Source of the DNA: Myxococcota bacterium
GTDB lineage: Bacteria; Myxococcota_A; SURF-8
DNA: 64,000 nt
Direction: 5' to 3'
Assembly: GCA_965140415.1 (NCBI GenBank)
Contig: OZ223209.1
Span: forward strand, 1,376,001-1,440,000
Below, in pieces: positions 46,101 to 55,279 of the stretch. The translations under genes and the position numbers were made by a program. The notes beneath the pieces were generated by a model. The model did no database searches. It saw nothing but the letters and a program-made list of their open reading frames with translations, and was not told the origin of the DNA. Each line of letters begins with the position of its first letter. The first letter of the stretch is position 1.

Positions 46101-49100
46101 TTGCTTGCGGTTACATATGCCAGATTCCCAACCACATAAACATCGATGGCTTCATAGGTGCCAGGATCGCCACTTCCAACAAGCACCGGTGCGCCTGGAT
46201 CGGAGACATCGATTATCTGTAAACCGCTTTCCCCGTCTGCGATATAAACCATGGAATCCTTGACGAAAAGATTGCGGGCGAAATCCGGTGTGTCGATTCC
46301 ACCCAGAGTCACGGGTGTGGAAGGATCGGAAACATCGACGATCCACAGCCCGTCTGCGCCGGAAGCGAAATAGGCAATTTCCCCAACGACCTGTACGCGG
46401 TAGGACAACCCTGCAAGGCTTCCCAGCAGTTGAGGGGTTACTTCATCGCATTGACAGGCAGCAATTCCGCTTGAGTCGTCACAGACCGCATAGCCGCAGT
46501 CCATCTCGCTATTGGAGCAGCCGGGCAGGCAGATGCTGTCGTCGTTATTGTCCTGGAAGCCTTCGGTGCAAAGTTCACAGGATTCCCCGACATATTCCTC
46601 CAGGCACAGGCAGCTTCCATCTCCGCCGCAGATGCCGGAAGCGGGACAACTGTAAATCGTTCCACCGCAAGCGCCGGCAGTGCATATGTCGTCATAAGAA
46701 CAGGGGTTGAAGTCGTTGCAGGATTCGCCTTCATTCGGATCGGAGGATTGTATGCAGCTATAGCTGCCATCGCCATTATCCTGGCAGACACCGGTCAGAC
46801 AGACGTCGTCCTCATCGCTGCAATCCACGCCGTAGCAGGGATCGGGAACGCAGTCCGGGTAATTCTTGTAGCCTTCGGCGCAACTGTCGCAATTCGGTTC
46901 GGCATATCCTTCCAAACATGAGCATACCGCCACGCCGCTGCTGTTGTCGCAAGACTCATGTTCCTGGCAGGGGTCAGGATGGCAGGGATCGTCGATGCAG
47001 AGACCGGAGTCGCCTGGGTATTCAAAGAAGCCAAAGTCGCAGACTGTGCAATCGTCTCCCGCGTATCCCTCCATGCAATCGCAGCCGGGAGCTTGATAAA
47101 GTTGTAAACCACCGTAACGCTCCGCGACGTAAAGTACTCGACCGGAGATAGCGACTTTGTACGGCATGTCATATGTGTCTAAGCTGTGAAGCAATACGGG
47201 TGCGGCGAAGTTGGATATGTCGATGACTTCCACGTTGCCGTAATTGCCGTCAGCCACATAGACTCTTTGCCCTCTCCTGGTAACGCCCAATGCGTTATGA
47301 GCCGTGTCATAGCTGCCAAGTAATGCTGGAGCCACAGGATCGCTGACATCGACAATCTGCAAACCGCCGGGAGAACCGTCTGCAAGATAAGCCGTGTGCT
47401 TGGACACGACGACATCGTAGCCGTAGCCGGGAGAATCGTAACGCCCCACATAATCAGGATCGGTAGGATCGGAAACATCCACGATATACATTCCCGCCGT
47501 GGAGTTGGCTACGGCGTATAGCATCCCGTTCTGAACGACGATTCTTCTGGCGCCGATCTCTTCATTTGCACCCAGAAAGAGCGGTGAGGAAGGATCCGAA
47601 ACGTCATAAATCATGAGCCCATCGTAGTTTAGCCCCACATAGGCTTTGTTATCCTGGACGAACACGCCGGAGGCTTCATCTCCCATTGTGACATTGGCAA
47701 GCGGTAACGGTGTGGTCGGATCGGAAATATCCAGAATAAAAAGCTTTCCCTCCGTATCCGTGACGTAAAGCGTGGAACCGTCTGCAAAAACGCCACCAAC
47801 TTCCGCTTCCGTGTAGTAATGGTGGTAGAAAACGGGAGCATCCGGATTGGCAACACCATACAGCAACAAGCCTCTATTATCATCAACCACATAGGCGATA
47901 TCGTCCCATACGGAGACCTGAGTGGCGAATTGGGGAATATCGAAATAACCCAGTTGCACCGGTGCACTCGTATCGGAAGTGTTGAATACCTGTAATCCCT
48001 TGTTCTTATCTGCGATGTAAATCGTATCGCCGGAAACGGCAACAGCCTGTGGTGAATCCGGTGTGTCGTAGCTGCCAAGCAATTGAGGAGCGTTGCTGAT
48101 TGAAATATCGAAAATCTCATACTGTCCAAGCGAGGTGCCGTAAACCACGTACAACTTATTGCCTTCCAGTGCAAGACCGTAACCGCGAGTCGGCGTTTCA
48201 TGGCTACCTACTAATGTCGGTGTGGTGGGGTCGGACACATCGATGATTTTCAACCCGCCGGTATAAGCGTCGGCGACATATGCGATATCGTCTCGAACGA
48301 TTACTTCATAGGCCCAGCCAATGTCCCAGAAATGACCGATCTGAGAAATTGCGGATGGTGTAGAGACATCGAAAATTTTCATTCCGCCGTTTTCATCTCC
48401 AAGATACAACGTTTCTCCATATAGAAACAGGTTGCTTGCATAGCCGGAAGTATCAAAACTGTCCAGCAGGACCGGGGCGGCTGGATCGCTGACGTTTAGA
48501 GTCAATACTCCTTGTTGTTTCGCAGCCAGATAGGCGATGCCGTCTTTTGCAATCACGTCGAGAAGATAGCTCGTAGTGGCATAGCTGCCCAGGAAAGCAG
48601 GTGCGGTCGGATCGGTGACATCGATGATCTGTAAGCCCCCGTCTTCATCCGCAATGTAGGCCGTGGTGCCATCCACGTACACGTTCAGAGCCTCTCCGGG
48701 AGTATCATAGTTACCCAGTAATGCGATGTGGGATGGGTCCGACACGTCGAAGATGTACAATCCACCATATTCATTAGCGACGTAAGCCAGATCGCCTTCT
48801 ACTTGAACATCCATGGTGTCGCCATAGATGCCAAACATAAATTCCGGTGTTTCACCACCACAGACGCATTGGGCCGGACCCAGCGAATCATTGCAGGCGA
48901 TATTTCCACAATCGACATCGGGATGAGTGCAGGCAATTTCGCAGGTGCCGTTTTGATCGTTGTCTTGATAATCCGTATCGCAAAGTTCGCAGAGATCTCC
49001 GGTGTAGCCGGGATCGCAGCTTGGATTCTTGGACGAACGTTTATTGGTTGTATTTATTGTTGAGAAGGAATTCGCCTGCAAGAGTGCAGTTGCATGCCTT

Positions 49101-49231
49101 GGTGCTTTGCCGCCAGCGAGACCCGATTCATTATTGTCTGCTTGTGTCCCGGAAGTCAGGTCGGAACAGGATAGCAATAAACTGAATGATAGAATCATGC
49201 ACCACAAGACATGGATGTATGACGAATACAC
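43154..49231 (-). CDS. Large surface protein: LVIVD repeats, EGF-like and Cys-rich repeats, acidic DGD stalk, MYXO-CTERM-like tail
   Basis: Many AYVA..GLQIIDVSDP.P..LGSYDT units; C..GY.G..C..C EGF-like units; C-terminus GGCH...WLLLTLVLILRVRRR. Confidence 0.9.
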   Translation of the reverse strand: MYSSYIHVLWCMILSFSLLLSCSDLTSGTQADNNESGLAGGKAPRHATALLQANSFSTINTTNKRSSKNPSCDPGYTGDLCELCDTDYQDNDQNGTCEIACTHPDVDCGNIACNDSLGPAQCVCGGETPEFMFGIYGDTMDVQVEGDLAYVANEYGGLYIFDVSDPSHIALLGNYDTPGEALNVYVDGTTAYIADEDGGLQIIDVTDPTAPAFLGSYATTSYLLDVIAKDGIAYLAAKQQGVLTLNVSDPAAPVLLDSFDTSGYASNLFLYGETLYLGDENGGMKIFDVSTPSAISQIGHFWDIGWAYEVIVRDDIAYVADAYTGGLKIIDVSDPTTPTLVGSHETPTRGYGLALEGNKLYVVYGTSLGQYEIFDISISNAPQLLGSYDTPDSPQAVAVSGDTIYIADKNKGLQVFNTSDTSAPVQLGYFDIPQFATQVSVWDDIAYVVDDNRGLLLYGVANPDAPVFYHHYYTEAEVGGVFADGSTLYVTDTEGKLFILDISDPTTPLPLANVTMGDEASGVFVQDNKAYVGLNYDGLMIYDVSDPSSPLFLGANEEIGARRIVVQNGMLYAVANSTAGMYIVDVSDPTDPDYVGRYDSPGYGYDVVVSKHTAYLADGSPGGLQIVDVSDPVAPALLGSYDTAHNALGVTRRGQRVYVADGNYGNVEVIDISNFAAPVLLHSLDTYDMPYKVAISGRVLYVAERYGGLQLYQAPGCDCMEGYAGDDCTVCDFGFFEYPGDSGLCIDDPCHPDPCQEHESCDNSSGVAVCSCLEGYAEPNCDSCAEGYKNYPDCVPDPCYGVDCSDEDDVCLTGVCQDNGDGSYSCIQSSDPNEGESCNDFNPCSYDDICTAGACGGTIYSCPASGICGGDGSCLCLEEYVGESCELCTEGFQDNNDDSICLPGCSNSEMDCGYAVCDDSSGIAACQCDEVTPQLLGSLAGLSYRVQVVGEIAYFASGADGLWIVDVSDPSTPVTLGGIDTPDFARNLFVKDSMVYIADGESGLQIIDVSDPGAPVLVGSGDPGTYEAIDVYVVGNLAYVTASKHITFGSVTALLIFNVSDPSMPVRVGSLYRPDLGCWGNAIEVHGGIAYIADSTGDLHMVDVSNPADPGSLNRKYLDGYARDVQVVGSLAYMASSEGMDILNVQDPLAPVSLSHLDIESGSISIFVESNRAYLSLGDNGLQIYDVSDPALPTLISEYDTPDFNRESFVANRKAYLTAYQSGMLILDLAPSACTCIEGYDGTDCTLCATGYKGYPNCVPDPCYNVDCSHLNDVCNSGYCHDNGDGSSTCLADPTPHEGASCNADSNGCTVNDSCQSGNCVAGDLPDCSAKNDACNTGVCQSDGENDYTCEKDPTPHEGASCNADSNGCTVGDSCQSGNCVAGDAPDCSAENDDCNTGICQSDGEDEYSCVKDPTPHEGASCNADSNGCTVNDSCQSGNCVAGDLPDCSAKNDDCNTGICQSDGEDEYSCVKDPTAHEGASCNADSNGCTVNDSCQSGSCIAGDAPDCSAENDDCNTGICQSDGENEYSCVKDPTTHEGASCNADSNGCTVNDSCQSGSCVAGDAPDCSAENDDCNTGICQSDGEDEYSCVKDPTSHIGNDCGDGPSDCSAQDTCDELGVCQSNHLPNNTSCDDGNLCNGIYSCLAGACEQSEPAVTCPQAEDCHQAGVCEPQSGECLYAAYPDWHLCDEGACFNGACETLGEQDTCETAHALTLGIPFEGDLSGFHAYLTAPASCAGEDQSGADAFFDLPLQAGNQYEITLTPHTGQDLALVIWESCNASDDTCFGWLNDASSGETEHAIFEMASYAERLQVLNLGGQRATTSGYTLLIDEYHSSDGDWIEGESGDTDFLEGDLDIENADFELEWEDADRLEYEWDTDDLDGDFADGDTETAEIDSPNGDLDTDWIEWETLDGDQDAFEVADSDNTDGDADQDTFEKADKDFDPIDTAGDYDLVENIESNESDSDFEFIIDGDAENAADTAIEGDQEDTDGSAGGCHTTTSSNPAWLLLTLVLILRVRRRQRIG
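44451..45350 (-). repeat. Five tandem 180-bp coding repeats (60-aa Cys-rich unit)
   Basis: Unit starts ggatc at 44451, 44631, 44811, 44991, 45171 (next at 45351); protein unit HEGASCNADSNGCTVNDSCQSG.C.AGD.PDCSA.ND.CNTG.CQSDGE. Confidence 0.95.
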
Positions 49232-49448
49232 ATTGGCCTCCTACACATACGACAAGCACATTTGTGCGAATTATTGACTGCTCGGGCAGTGTTGAAATGT
49301 ATCGAATATCAATGGTCACATACTCGTGCACATGGAGGGACTTGTCAAGCAAAACGCAAGTGTTTCACTAGGTTTGCTATGAATTCTAAAGCCTGAAAAA
49401 TCCGTTAGGACTGGCAAGGTGATGCAGAGAGTGCAAGTCGTAGAGATA

Positions 49449-50777
49449 TTATGTTTTCACACGTTCCAGTATCGCCAGGGATTCAACGTGGCGCGTCTGC
49501 GAAAAGAAATCGAATGCGGTGACTCGTTGCAAACGATAACCGCCCAGCAACAAGGGACGCAAATCGCGCGCCTGGGTGGCGGGATCGCAGGAAAGGTAAA
49601 CCACCAAGTGAGGTTTCAGCGCCAGGATATGCTCCATTCCGTCGGGGCATCCTGCGCGTGGCGGATCTAAAAACAATACGTCCGGTTTGGGTTCGTTCTC
49701 ATCTTGAAGCAGGCGGGTCAAGCCGTCTGCCGCGCCTGCCGCCAAGGGGATGATCTGTGCCGGAGAATGTTGCATGTTTTGCTGCGCCATCGACACCGCG
49801 CGCTCATCCAATTCGACGCTCACCACGCGCCTGCAATGCGCCGCCAGCACCGAGGTGAAATTCCCCGACCCGGAGAATAACTCGATTGCAGCGGGCTTTT
49901 GTTCGCGGTCGTTAAAACGCACTTCAAGTTCTTCTGCTACTTGTTGTTGAACCAGGCCGTTCAATGCAGCGTTGGCCTGCCAGAAACTGTCGATCTGATG
50001 ATGGACGCCCGCTATATCTTTCGTTCCAAGTTGCACTGCGCTATTGCCAAAGACTTCCCGCTGCTTCCCGCTGCTCCACACGACACCACAGAGTTTGGGA
50101 ACGGATTGCAGCAGGGTATCGATTGCGTTGTCCTCGGCTGGCTTTGCGGCGCTTAGTGCAAGTACGCAGCGGTCTTTGTATTCCGAATAGCCGATCTCCA
50201 TGAAATTGAAATCAAGCTTATTGCGAGTAAGGAATTCTTTGACTTGTTTCAGTGTGGCGTCCAGTTCGGGCAGCAGGGCAGGGCAGCTTTCGAAAGGAAC
50301 GACCGCATGGCTTTTTCTGGCGAAGAAGCCGACTTCTCCCTTGTGGTTATTATGCAGTCTGGCTTTGCTGCGGGTGCCGTACGGATCTTGCGCTCCGATG
50401 ATTTCAACCGGAACGTCCGGTATACCTGCGAATTTTCGCAATGCATCCACCACGATGCGCCGCTTTTCCTGTAACTGCCGCTGATAGTCGATGTGCTGCC
50501 AGTGGCAGCCACCGCAGGTTCCGAATACTGGGCAACGGGGTTGCACGCGATCCGGCGAAGGCGCCAGTACCTCAACGCACTGCGCTTCATCGAATTTCCT
50601 GGCCGTTTTGGTGATGCGTGCCCGGACGAAGTCTCCGGGGCAGCCATCTTGCACGAAAACCACTTTTCCAAGCAAGCGCCCCACCGCCAGGCCGCTGGAG
50701 GCCAGACCGTCTAAAGGCAGGTCGATCAAGCGTTCCGATACAGGTTTCTTGGGTGTTCGTTTTCGTTTGGTTTTCAT
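49449..50777 (-). CDS. rlmD: 23S rRNA m5U methyltransferase (RlmD/TrmA family)
   Basis: TRAM N-terminus, CPVFGTCGGC Fe-S motif, FWQAN, ELFSGSG, DPPRAG, YLSCDPAT, HVE. Confidence 0.9.
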   Translation of the reverse strand: MKTKRKRTPKKPVSERLIDLPLDGLASSGLAVGRLLGKVVFVQDGCPGDFVRARITKTARKFDEAQCVEVLAPSPDRVQPRCPVFGTCGGCHWQHIDYQRQLQEKRRIVVDALRKFAGIPDVPVEIIGAQDPYGTRSKARLHNNHKGEVGFFARKSHAVVPFESCPALLPELDATLKQVKEFLTRNKLDFNFMEIGYSEYKDRCVLALSAAKPAEDNAIDTLLQSVPKLCGVVWSSGKQREVFGNSAVQLGTKDIAGVHHQIDSFWQANAALNGLVQQQVAEELEVRFNDREQKPAAIELFSGSGNFTSVLAAHCRRVVSVELDERAVSMAQQNMQHSPAQIIPLAAGAADGLTRLLQDENEPKPDVLFLDPPRAGCPDGMEHILALKPHLVVYLSCDPATQARDLRPLLLGGYRLQRVTAFDFFSQTRHVESLAILERVKT

Positions 50778-50809
50778 GAGGCTGCCCTGGCTTTAAAAGA
50801 GGCGATATA

Positions 50810-51733
50810 TTACACGCGACGAAACTGAATCAGGCTCCATTCGCCCTTGTGGCGCGTCAGTTCCGCCTTTAATCCATGTTCTTCAAAGGCTTGTTGTACG
50901 TCCTGTTCGTCATCGGTGAGAATGCCGGAGAGCAGCAGGCGACCGCCGGGAGCTACGACTCGCACGAGATCCTCCTTCAATCGCAACAGCACCGACGAAA
51001 TAATGTTGGCAATGACGAAATCGAATGGACCGGCGACTTGCGCCAATGGAGTCAAGGAAACCTGGATGGTGTTTCGTGAAACCTCATTAAGCTCCAGGTT
51101 CTCTACTGTGACACGTTCACATTCCGGGTCGTTGTCGATAGCAACGATTTCCGGTACACCCAGCTTGGCTGCGGCGATACTCAGAACTCCGGAACCCGTG
51201 CCGACATCCAATAGGTTTTGCGGCAGCGCATTTTCACGCGCCAGTTCTTCCAGCCGTTGTAGAACGAGAGAGGTAGTTTCATGACCGCCGGTGCCGAAAG
51301 CCATGCCGGGATCGATGCGAACCACTGCCGCGCCCGGTTCGGCTTCGACCTCTTCCCAACTGGGTGAAATCCACAGGCGCTCGCCGATGCGAATCGGGTG
51401 GAAGAAGGCTTTCCAAGCCGTTTTCCAATCCTGGTTGTCCAGCGGTTGGATGTGAAGTGGAAAGTTTTGTGCAGCCTGTTCGTTATTGGCAAGGCAATCC
51501 TGCCATGCCTGCCGTACGAGTTGCACCTGGGGATCTTCGGAGCGATCGGCTTGAATGTACCAGATCAACCTGGCCCGGTCTGCGGCGGGCGGGTCGCTTT
51601 CGCCGGGAGGAAGGCAGTCCGCCGTGATCGTCTGTACGCCGCCGATTTCTGCATCCATCAGTGCATCGCACATCGTTTCCACCAATTCCAAGGGGAGTTC
51701 CCCCTTGACTTCCAGCCATTTTTCTTCCGCCAT
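50810..51733 (-). CDS. prmA: Ribosomal protein L11 methyltransferase
   Basis: DWKTAWK..FHP, IDPGMAFGTGGHETT, DVGTGSGVL, IANI, LSGIL. Confidence 0.95.
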   Translation of the reverse strand: MAEEKWLEVKGELPLELVETMCDALMDAEIGGVQTITADCLPPGESDPPAADRARLIWYIQADRSEDPQVQLVRQAWQDCLANNEQAAQNFPLHIQPLDNQDWKTAWKAFFHPIRIGERLWISPSWEEVEAEPGAAVVRIDPGMAFGTGGHETTSLVLQRLEELARENALPQNLLDVGTGSGVLSIAAAKLGVPEIVAIDNDPECERVTVENLELNEVSRNTIQVSLTPLAQVAGPFDFVIANIISSVLLRLKEDLVRVVAPGGRLLLSGILTDDEQDVQQAFEEHGLKAELTRHKGEWSLIQFRRV

Positions 51734-51793
51734 TCGATCCTCATTTCCGTATGTCGTGCATGCGTCCAAGATGGACGTTGATTTGTGTGCTGT

Positions 51794-52384
51794 TTAATAC
51801 GAGTCGATTTCCGCCTTGTTGCCTGATGGCGCGTTGCGCACCCGAAACGAAAACCAGCCGTGCAGTTCTCCGCGTGCGGCCTGATCTTCCCTGCCGATCA
51901 AGGGACAGGAAAAGCTTGCCGCCACATCGTTTCCGACTTCATTGCCGAATCCGGTAAAGGTGATCGTAGATGCAGGTTCTTCGCAAGCCAGCGGGTAATA
52001 AGAAAACCCGAAGCTTTGTAGTAAATGCACCTGCAAACGCAACTCTTCGCGTTCGCCCAGCGGCAGTGCCTGTCCGATTTGCTGCTTTAAATTATCCGGC
52101 GATTCGACGCTCAACGTCAGGTTGTCACTGTCGGATGGCCATCCGTTTGAGCTTAGAATCTCAATGGTTGCGTGCGTGCCGATGTTCTCCAAGGTGAAAA
52201 ATGAAGCGTCCATGGTGTAGGATTCGCAGTCTTGCGGATCATCGGGATTGACGCAGACCGTACCGGAAATTTCGCCCTCGCCGTCGCCCCAGTCGTCACC
52301 GCAGCCTGCTGCCATTGCAAACGGCAGCAGCAATAAGACGCTCATAATCGCGTTTCTGAAAATCGGACAACGGCAAGGCATCAT
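51794..52384 (-). CDS. Hypothetical lipoprotein
   Basis: Hydrophobic stretch plus AAGC lipobox; co-oriented between the peptidase and prmA. Confidence 0.7.
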   Translation of the reverse strand: MMPCRCPIFRNAIMSVLLLLPFAMAAGCGDDWGDGEGEISGTVCVNPDDPQDCESYTMDASFFTLENIGTHATIEILSSNGWPSDSDNLTLSVESPDNLKQQIGQALPLGEREELRLQVHLLQSFGFSYYPLACEEPASTITFTGFGNEVGNDVAASFSCPLIGREDQAARGELHGWFSFRVRNAPSGNKAEIDSY

Positions 52385-52403
52385 GCGTGTTTCCTGTTAC
52401 TCC

Positions 52404-54998
52404 TTAATCCGCTTTCGGACCGACTTCCGCCAGCGAATAGGCATCGGATCGGATCAGGTGTTTGGCAACGTCAACCACGTGTTCCAGGGTGATGCCGGAA
52501 ATGATTTCCGGGTATTTCAAGTGGTTGGCGTAGCCGATGTCGTACAACTCGTTCATCAGTAATAGTCCGCTGACGGCGGAATTGGTTTGCAGACCGATGG
52601 CGTGGGAGCCGATCAGGTAGCGCTTGGCATCTTCCACTTCTTTTTCCGAGATGTCACCATCCACCAGCCGCTGCAACTCCTTCAGGATTCCTGTAATAGC
52701 CTGTTCGCGTTTTTCAGGACTGGAGCCGATATATACGGCGAAAAAGCCGGGATCGATGGATTCGAGGTGATTGGAGGACACGGAGTAGGCCAGGCTCTGC
52801 TTGTCGCGCAGCTCCATGAACAGCCGCCCGCCCTGCCCGGCGATAATGGCATTCAATACATCCAGTGCATAGCGCTTGGAGTCGTAAAAGGTCAGACCGG
52901 GAAAACCGAGCACGAGATGCAACTGCATTTTGTCCAGGAGTTTGTGGTTGCGCCGGATTTCCGTTTGAGGCGTTTCGGGCGTCGGCTGGGGCAATTCCTG
53001 GGTAGAGGGAAGCAGGTCGCCGAAACGTGCTTCGACGTTTTTAAGCACCAGATCGGGGGAGATATTTCCCACCACCGAGATGACCAGACGATCCGCCGAA
53101 AGGTGCTTGAAGTAGTAGTCGTGCAGGATCTCGGAGCTGATGCCCTCCACCGATTCCAGGCTGCCCATCGGGTCCATGCGGAAGGGGTGCTCCTTGTACA
53201 ACGTGCGGTTGAACAGGTCGAACGCGGCGTGGGCTGGGCTTTCATCGCGCGCCCGGATTTCCTCTTTTACCAGGTACTTCTCTTTTTCCAATTCACTTTC
53301 TGGCAGAGCGGGAGAAAGCAGGCATTCGGAGAACAGGTCGAAACCTTTTTCGAAATTGCGGCTGACGAAAACGCCTTTCAGTCCCAGCGTGTTGCGTCCG
53401 GAGAAGCCGCCCAGGCTGCCCGCCATGCCATCGACCAGTTCGGCGATCTTGCGCGCGTCTTTCGTGGCCGTTCCCAATGTCAGCATACGAGAAAGCAGGT
53501 TGTTCACGCCGTTATTGGTTTCATCTTCCATGCGCAGCCCGGCTAGGAATGCGGCTTGAACGCTCACCAGCGGCACGGAGTCGTTCTGTTTGATCAGCAC
53601 CCGCACACCGTTTTTAAGCGTGCAGCGAGCGATTCCATGCTCATCCGTTTCGATAGCAGGGCGGGATAGCTGGTTGGCTAACTCGAAGCCTTTATTTACG
53701 GCGTCCAGTAATTGCTGCTTCTCTGGCTGTGCTTCCATTTCCGTGGGCAAAAGCGCCACAACATTAGCGGCTTGCGGACGGAAATAGCGGCGTGCGGCAT
53801 CGAGCAGATCGGCGGCGGTCAGATTTTTCACCCGTGTAATGAAGTTCTGGTGAAAACCGAGATCGCCTGTGGCACTGTAAAAATAACCCAGCCGCCTTGC
53901 CTTGCCCTGGGCCGTCTGTTGCTGATAAATCGCCTCGTTTTCCACGATGGTCTTGGCTTTTTCGATTTCCGCCTGGCTGGGCGGCTCGACTTGGAACAGG
54001 AAGGCTTCATGTGCCAGTTCCTGCAAGGCTTCCAAGGTGTTATCGGGGGAGAGTTCCGCTTCCAGCATGAACAGGCCGTGGCTTTTTCCCGCATAAGGAT
54101 AGGCGTAGGCGTCGTTAACGAGTGTGCGGTCGCGTTGCAGGCGCTGCACCAGGCGGCAGCTATCGCCCTGGCCCAGCAGGATGCCCAACACTTCCAGCGC
54201 CGGGACATCCTCGTGGGTGACGCCGACAGCCGGGAAGGTGATTGCCACGTGCGCTTGCGACACGGAATCGGTCAACAGCGAAACGCGGGGCGTGGTTTGT
54301 TCGGGTTCGTGCGTCGGCTGATGTTGGGCGACTTCGCCATTCTGGAAGGAACTGAAAAACTGTGGCAGCTTGCCCTTTAACTCTTCCGTATCGAAGTCGC
54401 CGACCATCACCAGGGTCATGTTCTGCGGCGCGTACCATTTCTGGTAAAAGGCGTTCACTTTTTCCCGGGTGAAGGAGCGTACCGATTCATCCGTTCCGAT
54501 TACCGGATTGCGATAGGGATGATCGCTGAAAGAGATTCGGAAGGTTTCCTCGCTGATGCGCCGCTGCGGAGAATCCATGCCGCGCTTGATTTCCTCCCGG
54601 ATGACTTCCAGTTCCTGCGCCAGTTCGGTTTTATCCAGCGCTGCATGTTGAATGGCGTCAGAAAGGATATCCAGGCCCTGATCGATTTCGTTACTGGGCA
54701 TCACGATGTGATACACGGTTTCATCGAACGAGGTCCAGGCGTTGATATCGCCGCCTGCGGATTCGATATCGCGAGCGATTTCGCCCACGCCGCGCTTGGC
54801 GGTGCCTTTGAACAGCATATGTTCCATCACGTGCGCCAGGCCGGCTTCGTCGGGGTGTTCGTCGGCGCTGCCGACCTGCACCCAGATCTGATAAGCCACG
54901 ACCGGTGCGAAATGATCTTCTTTCAAAATGACGTGTAACCCGTTGTCCAGGTCGAATTGCACGATGTTCACGTCGGATGCTGATTGTCTGTTCGTCAT
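52404..54998 (-). CDS. M16 family zinc peptidase (two-half pitrilysin-like)
   Basis: GLAHVMEHMLFKGT (HxxEH), NAWTSFDET; second half lacks the Zn motif. Confidence 0.95.
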   Translation of the reverse strand: MTNRQSASDVNIVQFDLDNGLHVILKEDHFAPVVAYQIWVQVGSADEHPDEAGLAHVMEHMLFKGTAKRGVGEIARDIESAGGDINAWTSFDETVYHIVMPSNEIDQGLDILSDAIQHAALDKTELAQELEVIREEIKRGMDSPQRRISEETFRISFSDHPYRNPVIGTDESVRSFTREKVNAFYQKWYAPQNMTLVMVGDFDTEELKGKLPQFFSSFQNGEVAQHQPTHEPEQTTPRVSLLTDSVSQAHVAITFPAVGVTHEDVPALEVLGILLGQGDSCRLVQRLQRDRTLVNDAYAYPYAGKSHGLFMLEAELSPDNTLEALQELAHEAFLFQVEPPSQAEIEKAKTIVENEAIYQQQTAQGKARRLGYFYSATGDLGFHQNFITRVKNLTAADLLDAARRYFRPQAANVVALLPTEMEAQPEKQQLLDAVNKGFELANQLSRPAIETDEHGIARCTLKNGVRVLIKQNDSVPLVSVQAAFLAGLRMEDETNNGVNNLLSRMLTLGTATKDARKIAELVDGMAGSLGGFSGRNTLGLKGVFVSRNFEKGFDLFSECLLSPALPESELEKEKYLVKEEIRARDESPAHAAFDLFNRTLYKEHPFRMDPMGSLESVEGISSEILHDYYFKHLSADRLVISVVGNISPDLVLKNVEARFGDLLPSTQELPQPTPETPQTEIRRNHKLLDKMQLHLVLGFPGLTFYDSKRYALDVLNAIIAGQGGRLFMELRDKQSLAYSVSSNHLESIDPGFFAVYIGSSPEKREQAITGILKELQRLVDGDISEKEVEDAKRYLIGSHAIGLQTNSAVSGLLLMNELYDIGYANHLKYPEIISGITLEHVVDVAKHLIRSDAYSLAEVGPKAD

Positions 54999-55279
54999 CT
55001 CTTCTGATTCCTCCCGAAAAAGAAACGGTATTCAAACCGAAGGTAGCATTAATGAGGCGGTAGCGCCAAAGAACATTCCATATATAGACCGAGATTTCCG
55101 CCGGAATTACCATTTGAAACCTTAAAGTGGGTCGTATTGCCACAAATGCGGCCAGGGTATGGAAACAATTGTTTTTAAAAGGAAATTGAAAGTGTGGGCC
55201 AATGGTGATATGCTATTGTGCGTAAAAAATGGCGGATAAATTCAGCTACTGCCGCTTACCGAACGAGGAAAGGGCGTCG

